A stretch of DNA of 64,000 bases from assembly GCA_018656555.1 (NCBI GenBank), contig JABHZQ010000025.1, positions 21,972-85,971 on the forward strand, in the 5' to 3' direction. Of the stretch, positions 30,079-37,486 are shown piece by piece. This DNA is from an archaeon (GTDB lineage Archaea > Nanobdellota > Nanobdellia > SCGC-AAA011-G17 > GW2011-AR17). Numbering within the stretch: position 1 is the first letter of the stretch; each line of letters starts with the position of its first letter. Made by a program: the position numbers and the translations under genes. A model generated the notes under the pieces. That model had not been told where the DNA came from and did no database searches. It saw only the letters and a list, made by a program, of their open reading frames with translations.

Positions 30079-30495
30079 ATGGGAGTAAGGTTATATCCAC
30101 TAAAAAATCCTCAAATTTCTGCAGAGGAAATAAAGACATTATTTTTAGAACTTAATCCCGAATTTCTTTCTCCAAATCAAGTTGCTCCAAAGGGAGAGCG
30201 TATGTATTTTGGACCCTATAGGATAGGAATAAAAGATGTAAATCCTAGGAAATCTAGATTTGAGGTTGCTTCTGATTTGAAAGGTCTTCGTGCTGCTATT
30301 GATGTTTTGATGAACTTTGCTAGGAAGAAAAAATGGAGACTTGAATTAAGATCTGTAAATACTGCAGGACATAAGATATTATTTTTGGATTTTAGTAAGG
30401 AACTAGGTATAGGTAGGATGCTTGCACCTTCTCAATTTAATGAGTTAAGGGAATTTGTTAAAAACCATAGTCAAAATTGTGCAATTCCTGAATAA
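30079..30495 (+). CDS. Hypothetical protein
   Basis: In-frame ATG 30079 of the 30040 ORF lies 4 nt after the previous stop and downstream of GGAGAGGT. Confidence 0.6.
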   Translation: MGVRLYPLKNPQISAEEIKTLFLELNPEFLSPNQVAPKGERMYFGPYRIGIKDVNPRKSRFEVASDLKGLRAAIDVLMNFARKKKWRLELRSVNTAGHKILFLDFSKELGIGRMLAPSQFNELREFVKNHSQNCAIPE

Positions 30496-30536
30496 TATAC
30501 CAAAGCTTTTTATATTTTTAATTTGTTTTTTCTCTG

Positions 30537-31538
30537 ATGGGAATTAAATTAGGGGATTTAGTTGAGAAAAAGGATGTAAAATGGGATTCTTTGCAAGGTA
30601 AGACTCTTGCTATTGATGCTTCTAATGTATTGTATCAGTTTGCTTCTTCTATAAGACAGCAAGATGGAACTCCTTTGATGAATAAAGAGGGAAAAGTTAC
30701 TTCTCATTTAGTTGGTTTGTTTTCTAGAGTTCCGAATATGGTTCAAAAGGGAATAAAGCCAGTGTTTGTTTTTGATGGAGAGCCACCACAGTTAAAAGCC
30801 TTAACTCAACAGAAGAGAAGAGAGAATAAAGATAAGGCAAAAGAGAAATATATGGAAGCTGCTGCTAAAGAGGATGAGAATTTGATGGAGTTTTACTCTA
30901 AACAATTTACTGGAATGAATCAAGAGATGTTTGATGAGGCTAAGGAGTTGTTGGAGGCAATGGGATTACCTACTGTTCAGGCTCCTTCTGAAGCTGAAGC
31001 TCAATGTGCTTATATGTGTAAGAAGAAAAAGGTTTATGCTGTAGGGAGTCAAGATTATGATACTTTGTTATTTGGAGGACCCAAACTAATACAGAATTTG
31101 ACTTTATCACAAAAAAGAAAGGTTTCTGGTGGAAGGTATGTGTTGATAGCTCCTTATTTGATTGAGTTGAAACAGGTATTAGATAGTTTAGAGTTGAATC
31201 AAGAGGAATTAATACTTTGGGCAATATTAGTTGGTACTGATTATAATCCTGGAGGAGTTAAGGGAATTGGTCCTAAGAAGGCTTTGAAGTTGATACAGTC
31301 TGGAAAGAAACCAGAATTAATATTTGATGAGCTTGAATGTAATTTTGATTGGAAAGTTATATTTGATACATTTAAACATATTCCAGTTAGTGATGTTAAT
31401 TTGAAGTTTGGAGAATTGGATGTTGATAGAATTAAAGAGATTTTGATTGAGAGGCATGATTTTACAGAGACTAGAGTGGATAATGTTTTAGAGAAATTAC
31501 AGAAGAAGGAAAAAGAGAGTTTGAAGAAGTGGTTCTAA
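30537..31538 (+). CDS. fen: Flap endonuclease 1
   Basis: LAIDASNVLYQF, VFVFDGEPP, APSEAEAQCA, SQDYDTLLFG, GTDYNPGGVKGIGPKKA, PIP-like C-terminus ESLKKWF. Confidence 0.97.
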   Translation: MGIKLGDLVEKKDVKWDSLQGKTLAIDASNVLYQFASSIRQQDGTPLMNKEGKVTSHLVGLFSRVPNMVQKGIKPVFVFDGEPPQLKALTQQKRRENKDKAKEKYMEAAAKEDENLMEFYSKQFTGMNQEMFDEAKELLEAMGLPTVQAPSEAEAQCAYMCKKKKVYAVGSQDYDTLLFGGPKLIQNLTLSQKRKVSGGRYVLIAPYLIELKQVLDSLELNQEELILWAILVGTDYNPGGVKGIGPKKALKLIQSGKKPELIFDELECNFDWKVIFDTFKHIPVSDVNLKFGELDVDRIKEILIERHDFTETRVDNVLEKLQKKEKESLKKWF

Positions 31539-31540
31539 CA

Positions 31541-31582
31541 CAAACTCTTTCAGAGTTTGATCAGAGGAGAGGGCTGAAGCCC
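31541..31582. other. Two adjacent hairpins after fen (possible terminator or protein-binding site)
   Basis: CAAACTCT-TTC-AGAGTTTG (31541-31559) and GGGC-TGAA-GCCC (31571-31582). Confidence 0.45.
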
Positions 31583-31600
31583 AATAGTTTTATAAGGAAA
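31579..31600 (+). repeat. 22-bp direct repeat copy 1, contains the TATA box of the downstream gene
   Basis: GCCCAATAGTTTTATAAGGAAA, identical at 31963-31984. Confidence 0.9.
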
Positions 31601-31619
31601 GTTTGGTTTGTATTATTCT

Positions 31620-31943
31620 ATGGTTCATGAAACTCATGTTTTACATCATCATCATAAGAATAGAAGAAAGAAATCTAAATCTAAATTAATTTATTATGTT
31701 GATAAGTTAGTTTATGCGGGTGGTATTTTTGGTTGGATTATGACTCTGCCCCAAGTTTTAAAAATATGGGTGAATCAAAATGCAAGTGGTGTTTCTTTTT
31801 TATCTTGGCTTTCGTATACTCTTCTAGGTGCTTTGTGGATATTTTACGGGATTTTACATAAAGACAGAAGGCTTATTGTGGTTTATTCTGGGTTTGTAGT
31901 ATTGAATGCTTTGGTTGTTATTGGAACTTTAATTTATGGGTAA
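31620..31943 (+). CDS. SemiSWEET / PQ-loop family transporter (second, divergent paralog)
   Basis: TLPQVLKIWVNQNASGVSFLSW..LWIFYG; ATG 31620 is 24 nt after TTTTATAA. Confidence 0.85.
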   Translation: MVHETHVLHHHHKNRRKKSKSKLIYYVDKLVYAGGIFGWIMTLPQVLKIWVNQNASGVSFLSWLSYTLLGALWIFYGILHKDRRLIVVYSGFVVLNALVVIGTLIYG

Positions 31944-31962
31944 AAGGTATTTTATATATTTG

Positions 31963-31984
31963 GCCCAATAGTTTTATAAGGAAA
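31963..31984 (+). repeat. 22-bp direct repeat copy 2, contains the TATA box of the downstream gene
   Basis: GCCCAATAGTTTTATAAGGAAA; runs into AATGTTAGTTTTTT (31983-31996), which recurs at 32789-32802. Confidence 0.9.
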
Positions 31985-32002
31985 TGTTAGTTTTTTGTTC
32001 TT

Positions 32003-32785
32003 ATGGAAGATAGGATTAGAAAGATCTGTGAAAATCTTGAAAAGGAAAAGAAAATTAAGATTCTTTTTGCTGTAGAGAATGGGAGTAGGGCCTGGGGGAT
32101 GGATAGTTTAGATAGTGATTTTGATGTTAGGTTTGTTTTTTTTAGACCCCTTAAAGAATATATTCAAATTAATAATCCCACTGATGTCATTACTATTGCT
32201 TTTGATAAGGATGGAAATTCTTGTCAGGTAGAGGGTTCTTATATTGATATGTCTGGTTTTGATGTTTTTAAGTATGTTAGGATGTTATCTTCTTCAAATC
32301 CTACAACTATTGAATGGTTGATGAGTCCTATTGTTTATCATGGAGAGCAGAATAAGACTTTTAAGGAATTTGCTATAAATAATTTTAATCCTATTGCTTT
32401 GTATCATCATTATAAATCTATGTGTAGGAATAATTATGTTAAGTATCTTAAATCTGGGAGTTTTGTAACTTATAAAAAATATCTTTATGCATATAGGGGT
32501 TTAATTAATGCAAAATGGGTAGTTCATAAGAAGTCTCTTCCTCCAATAGTTTTTCTTGATACATTAAATGAAATGGAAGAAATAATTCCTGGGAAAATAT
32601 TAAAAAAACTTAAGGAGATAATAAAATTAAAATCTTCTGGAGAGGAAAAGGATATAATTCAAAATATTGTGGAAATGGATGATTATATTGAAGGGTTTCT
32701 TAAAGATAATTCTGAAGCCCCAACTGAGAAATCCCATTCTACTGTGAATGACTTAAATGAAGAATTGAGAAGGATAATTTTATAA
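32003..32785 (+). CDS. Pol-beta superfamily nucleotidyltransferase, YcgL/RlaP-like
   Basis: FAVENGSRAWG..DSDFDVRF (cf. ESGSRAWG..DSDYDVRF), EWLMSPIVY, YKKYLYAYR. Confidence 0.85.
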   Translation: MEDRIRKICENLEKEKKIKILFAVENGSRAWGMDSLDSDFDVRFVFFRPLKEYIQINNPTDVITIAFDKDGNSCQVEGSYIDMSGFDVFKYVRMLSSSNPTTIEWLMSPIVYHGEQNKTFKEFAINNFNPIALYHHYKSMCRNNYVKYLKSGSFVTYKKYLYAYRGLINAKWVVHKKSLPPIVFLDTLNEMEEIIPGKILKKLKEIIKLKSSGEEKDIIQNIVEMDDYIEGFLKDNSEAPTEKSHSTVNDLNEELRRIIL

Positions 32786-32808
32786 ATTAATGTTAGTTTT
32801 TTCTTATT

Positions 32809-33531
32809 ATGGTAGCATATGATGTTATTGGAGATATTTTGATTGTTGGAGAGGATGTTACTAATGAGAAATGTGAAGAATTATTAGAGAAGAAAAATAT
32901 TAATGTGGTTCTTAGGAAGAAAGGGATTCACCATGGAGAGTTTAGAACTCAGGATATGGAAGTTGTTTGTGGTGAGAAGAGGAAGGAGACTTTGTATAAA
33001 GAGAATGGGGTTCAGTTGAAGTTGGATGTGGAGAAGTGCTATTTTTCTCCTAGGTTGGGTACTGAGAGAATGAGGATTGCTTCTTTGGTTAAGGAAGGAG
33101 AGAAGGTTTTGGTATTGTTTTCTGGAGTTGGTCCTTATTGTATTGTGTTGGCAAAGAATACAGAAGCTGTTAAGATTGTAGGTGTTGAGAAGAATAAGGT
33201 TGCTCATGATTATGCTGTTTGGAATTGTAGAAAATATCCTTATGTTAAGTTGTTTAATGAAGATGCTAAGGATTTTAGTTTTGATGAAAAGTTTGATAGG
33301 GTGTTGATGCCTTTGCCAAAGAGTGCAGAGGATTTCTTAGATGTTGCTTTAAAATGTGTTAAGAAGAAAGGAATTGTACATTTTTATGATTTTTTACATG
33401 AGAATGATATTCCTGATGTTGCTTTGGAGAAAATTAAGAGTAAGTGTAAATGTAAGGTGTTAGATGTTGTTAAGTGTGGGCAGTATTCTCCTGGAAAGTT
33501 TAGGATTTGTGTTGATTTTCAGGTTTTATAA
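32809..33531 (+). CDS. trm5: tRNA m1G37 methyltransferase, Trm5/Met-10+ family (short form)
   Basis: YDVIGDI, ETLYKENG, YFSPRLGTER, LFSGVGPY, RVLMPLPKSA, GIVHFY. Confidence 0.85.
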   Translation: MVAYDVIGDILIVGEDVTNEKCEELLEKKNINVVLRKKGIHHGEFRTQDMEVVCGEKRKETLYKENGVQLKLDVEKCYFSPRLGTERMRIASLVKEGEKVLVLFSGVGPYCIVLAKNTEAVKIVGVEKNKVAHDYAVWNCRKYPYVKLFNEDAKDFSFDEKFDRVLMPLPKSAEDFLDVALKCVKKKGIVHFYDFLHENDIPDVALEKIKSKCKCKVLDVVKCGQYSPGKFRICVDFQVL

Positions 33532-33569
33532 TATAAAATTTTATAAAGTAAATTTTATTTTTATTTTTT

Positions 33570-34514
33570 ATGGCAGATAAGGGAGATATATTTGTTTCTT
33601 ATGATGCAATGGATGCATTATGGAGAAATAGTATGATTAGGATGTTTGGAGAAAATGTACCTGTAGATTTTACTGGTGCAAGGTATGAAGGAATTTATCC
33701 TGGTTATGGAGAGGAAATTGCTGCTTATGTTGAAGCCCAATCTAATAAGAGGGTCTATGCTTTAAAACAGATAGGCTTTTCTTCAGAAGATAGAGTTATT
33801 GATTTTGGATGTGGTTGGGGTAATATGTTAAATGAAGTTGAAAATTGGGGTGGTAGAGCTATTGGGTTGTCTCTTTCACCTGCTCAAGTTGCTTATTGTC
33901 AAGAGATGGGTTTGGATGCGAGGTTGATGGATTGGAATGATTATCGTCCAGATAGACAATTTGATGGGGCTGTTTCTATTGGTGCTTTTGAACATTTTTG
34001 TTCTATTGATGCATTTAGGGCTGGAAGACAAATGGAAGTTTATCATAAATTTTTTGAATTGGTACATGATTGTTTAAAACCCCAAAGGGGTTTTTATTTA
34101 CAAACTATGATTTTTGGAGGAAAGGGAGTTCCGGATTTAGATGTAGATATTGATCCAAGAGCTCCAATGAATTCACCTAGAAGAATAATTGCACAGTGGA
34201 AAGCTTATTTTCCTGGTTCTTATTTACCTCATAATGAAGAACAGATTGTTGAAGCTGCTTCTGATTTTTTTGATTTGACTAGGAGTGAAGATGGTAGGGA
34301 AGATTATGTTGAAACTGCAAGAGTCTGGTTAGAAGCTATTAATGCTCCTGGTGGATTGGAAAAATGGTTAGAATGGGCTACATTTGCATTTAAGGGTTTA
34401 GGTAGAGATGAACTTTTAACTAGATTACAATCAGTAAGAGAAGATGCTTTTTCAAGAGGGTTTGCTTATGATATTATAGGCCATAGAAGGTTAACTTTTG
34501 TTAGGAAGGATTAA
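33570..34514 (+). CDS. Cyclopropane-fatty-acyl-phospholipid synthase / mycolic-acid-methyltransferase-like SAM methyltransferase
   Basis: EAQ..K, IDFGCGWG, GLSLSPAQ, VSIGAFEHF, YFPGSYLP, DYVETARVW. Confidence 0.82.
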   Translation: MADKGDIFVSYDAMDALWRNSMIRMFGENVPVDFTGARYEGIYPGYGEEIAAYVEAQSNKRVYALKQIGFSSEDRVIDFGCGWGNMLNEVENWGGRAIGLSLSPAQVAYCQEMGLDARLMDWNDYRPDRQFDGAVSIGAFEHFCSIDAFRAGRQMEVYHKFFELVHDCLKPQRGFYLQTMIFGGKGVPDLDVDIDPRAPMNSPRRIIAQWKAYFPGSYLPHNEEQIVEAASDFFDLTRSEDGREDYVETARVWLEAINAPGGLEKWLEWATFAFKGLGRDELLTRLQSVREDAFSRGFAYDIIGHRRLTFVRKD

Positions 34515-35058
34515 AACTGATTGCAATTATATATATTTCTTTAGAAGATTCTCTTGTTGCTTTTGGGACATAGGTTTTTACAAGCTTGAAAAAAGGTTTT
34601 ATTTCTTTTACTAGGATTTGTGTTTCTTGGCTTTGGAATGTTTTTACAAGAAAGTTTCCATTTTTTTTCAAATTGGTTTTTGCTGCATCCCAAGATTGTT
34701 TTGTTAGGTCATAAGATTTTTGTTGATCTATATTTCTTATTCCTGTTGTTTTTGGGGCTATGTCGGATAGAACAACATTGAATTTCTTTTCTGTTTTGAA
34801 ATCATTAATATCTTGTTGTATGAATTCTACACCTTTAATTGATTTTACAGAGACTATGTCTATTCCTAGTATAAATCCGGATGTTAACTTTTTTACAACT
34901 TGTAACCAAGAACCAGGAGCACAACCAATATCTAGTACTGTGTCTTTTGGTTTGATTAGTTTATATTTTTCTTGTATTTCTAATAATTTGAAAGAGGATC
35001 TAGCTCTGTAGCCTTGTTGTTTTGCTTTATTAAAGTAAGAATCTTTTCTTTTGTACAT
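34501..35058 (-). CDS. rlmE: 23S rRNA Um2552 methyltransferase (RlmE/FtsJ)
   Basis: AKQQGYRARSSFKLLEI, LDIGCAPGSW, VLSDIAP, GNFLVKTF, ESSKEIY. Confidence 0.95.
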   Translation of the reverse strand: MYKRKDSYFNKAKQQGYRARSSFKLLEIQEKYKLIKPKDTVLDIGCAPGSWLQVVKKLTSGFILGIDIVSVKSIKGVEFIQQDINDFKTEKKFNVVLSDIAPKTTGIRNIDQQKSYDLTKQSWDAAKTNLKKNGNFLVKTFQSQETQILVKEIKPFFKLVKTYVPKATRESSKEIYIIAISFNPS

Positions 35059-35059
35059 T

Positions 35060-36397
35060 TTAATCTAATCCTAGATGTTGAGATCTTTTGTATTTTAGTG
35101 CTGTTGGTGCTTCTCCTCCGTGCCAGGTGAACCTAGGACGGACTCTCATTGGAAATAATCTTTCAGAATTATCATCTAGGACTATTGCAGCTCCTTTTTC
35201 TCCTGGGAGCATGTTTAGATAACCAGTAAGTGTTTCCCCTAAATAGGATTGCATCATGGAGTTTAGTGCATCCACATCTCTTCTTGCTGTAAGTCTATGT
35301 GCAAGAACTATATCTGATTGAGTCATAACATCTGAGTGGATCTTTCCTGGTTGTTGTGTGATTAATAATAATGATAAACCTGGTTGTCTTCCTTCTCTTA
35401 GGATTGTAACTAGTGCATCTGTTGCTGCTGTTTTTCCTTCTGCAGGAAGCATTTCGTGTGCTTCATCAATAATAAACCAGATTAATGGTTTTTGTTCTTC
35501 TCTTGTTTCTTCTTCTAGTTGGAAATAACTGTAACCAGTTTTGATTGCTTCTATTTCTTCTAATTTTCTTGAAATCATTCTTTCTATGAATATTTTGTTT
35601 GCAATTAATCCAATTACTAAGGATTTTACACCCCATCCACCTTCTTCTGTTGCATATGCAGATACATCAAGAACTGAAACTTTTCCACCTTCAATTAGAA
35701 CATCTATTTTTGTTCCTTCTTCAGCGAATAATCCCCATCTTTTTGCTACTTTTAATCTGTTGATCGCTTCATTTTTTGTGTTGTTTTCAAATGAATCATC
35801 TTTTTGCATTGCTTCTATCATGTGATCTATATCATATTGATATATTTTATTTTCTGCGAGATCTCCAAGAGTTTTTTCAATTAGGATTGAAACTGGGTTT
35901 GAAGGTTCTAATCCAAATGCAAGTCTCCAATCTTCCCCTGAAAGCTCAGATGCTTTGATTGCAAACTTTTCATCTACGGGTATTCCATCTTCTTTTGCTT
36001 TGTCATAATAACCAATTGGTGCGAATATCTTTATTTTTTCAAGACCTTTGGGTTTTAATCCCCACATTTCTAGTAAATCTGAATCTTTTTCATTACCATA
36101 TTTCATTGTCCAATAGATTCCCATTGTGTCAAGCATGATTATTGATAGGTTTTTTGATACTTCATCGGGTAGATCTATCATTCCTTCTGCAATAACTCCT
36201 GCTGAGTATGACTTTCCTCCACCTCTTTTACCTACGACAAAAACAACATGAGAACGAATTACATCCATATATATTGGATTGGACATAGAGGTTGTTTGAC
36301 CCATTTTAACATAGGTTTTACCTAATAGAATTGTTCCTTTTGAACCAAATTTTTTCTTATCTGATTCATTTCTTCCTATAACAACATCAAAAGGCAT
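35060..36397 (-). CDS. HerA/VirB4-like P-loop ATPase (DUF87)
   Basis: Walker A VVGKRGGGKS, Walker B FIIDEAH, REGRQPG, TQQPG, RVRPR. Confidence 0.85.
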   Translation of the reverse strand: MPFDVVIGRNESDKKKFGSKGTILLGKTYVKMGQTTSMSNPIYMDVIRSHVVFVVGKRGGGKSYSAGVIAEGMIDLPDEVSKNLSIIMLDTMGIYWTMKYGNEKDSDLLEMWGLKPKGLEKIKIFAPIGYYDKAKEDGIPVDEKFAIKASELSGEDWRLAFGLEPSNPVSILIEKTLGDLAENKIYQYDIDHMIEAMQKDDSFENNTKNEAINRLKVAKRWGLFAEEGTKIDVLIEGGKVSVLDVSAYATEEGGWGVKSLVIGLIANKIFIERMISRKLEEIEAIKTGYSYFQLEEETREEQKPLIWFIIDEAHEMLPAEGKTAATDALVTILREGRQPGLSLLLITQQPGKIHSDVMTQSDIVLAHRLTARRDVDALNSMMQSYLGETLTGYLNMLPGEKGAAIVLDDNSERLFPMRVRPRFTWHGGEAPTALKYKRSQHLGLD

Positions 36398-36431
36398 AGT
36401 ATTTCAATAATTAGAATTAATATAAAGTTTT

Positions 36432-37442
36432 CTAGAGTTTATAACCTTCTTGTTCATTTAAGCTAGTTAATGCTTCTTCTGATCTTGGGATTTCTTCATC
36501 TGTGAATATTAATTGATTTTCTTGTTCTATGAATATTTCTGAAATTTCAGTTAGTGTTACATATTCAACTTTTCCAGATTCTACATAAGTATCTAATTCA
36601 GTGAAAAAATTGTCCCACCACTCAAGTCTAGTTTCATAGTACTCATAACTAGATTCTTTAGCTGTCCATTTGTCATCTATTGTTGATGCTTTTGATGCTT
36701 TGAAGTGTCTTGGGTTTGTGAATACAGCATAAGTATTAATTTGATTTTCTTTTCTGTTGTTTATTGCATTTTCTATGTAGTTTATACTGTTAGCATATTC
36801 TCCATGGCCTATGTAGATATAATCTCCATTTTTATCATGTTGAGTCCAATCTTCTCTTGAAGGTCTCCAAACATTACCTGCTATTACCTCTCCTAGTTCA
36901 TGGCCAGCTAGAGATACCCCCCATAATGTTGTGAAGTCTGGATAGTAAGTATCAAAGTATTCCATTTTTTCATAGATTTCATCTTCTGTTAATCCTGAAG
37001 CTATTTGTGTTGGTGTTCCACCTGCTGAAATTATATCTTCTCTTACTTCTGAATATAATATATGTGATTCGTGTGCATGAGCATCTATTTCATGTCCCAT
37101 TGATTCTAGATCTGTGAAAAAAGTAGGATCATAAAGTTCTACTCCATTTGCAAAAGTCCAATCAGTACCAAAGTTTATTTTTACTCCATGATTTTGTGCT
37201 ATTTCAGCTAATTCTCTCATTGTCATTGTTGCATGTAAAAGGAGTTCTTCATCTCCATCATAGTCCATGTTATTTTCTTTTTCTACTCCATATTTGTTAA
37301 TGTCTTCTTCAGTATGTATTACAAAGGTAAAGTATAGTGGAGAGGTGAATGGTTCTGGTTCTTCAGGTAATAAGATTAGGGTTGTGAGTAATAATATTGG
37401 AATTAGGAGTAAAGGAATGAGTAATGTTTTCTTTTTCTTCAT
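36432..37442 (-). CDS. Membrane-anchored protein, probable polysaccharide-deacetylase-like (NodB/GH57-type barrel) metallohydrolase
   Basis: N-terminal TM; FVIHTEED, GVKINF and GHEIDAHAH resemble the CE4-like metal-binding pattern. Confidence 0.55.
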   Translation of the reverse strand: MKKKKTLLIPLLLIPILLLTTLILLPEEPEPFTSPLYFTFVIHTEEDINKYGVEKENNMDYDGDEELLLHATMTMRELAEIAQNHGVKINFGTDWTFANGVELYDPTFFTDLESMGHEIDAHAHESHILYSEVREDIISAGGTPTQIASGLTEDEIYEKMEYFDTYYPDFTTLWGVSLAGHELGEVIAGNVWRPSREDWTQHDKNGDYIYIGHGEYANSINYIENAINNRKENQINTYAVFTNPRHFKASKASTIDDKWTAKESSYEYYETRLEWWDNFFTELDTYVESGKVEYVTLTEISEIFIEQENQLIFTDEEIPRSEEALTSLNEQEGYKL

Positions 37443-37486
37443 TTTGTTTACAAAGGTTTTTAAATTTTTAAAGGTTTGTTATTTTT

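Noticed and set aside
31579-31984. CRISPR array from the 22-bp direct repeats
   Set aside because: Only two copies, 384 bp apart, enclosing a whole gene; no cas genes.
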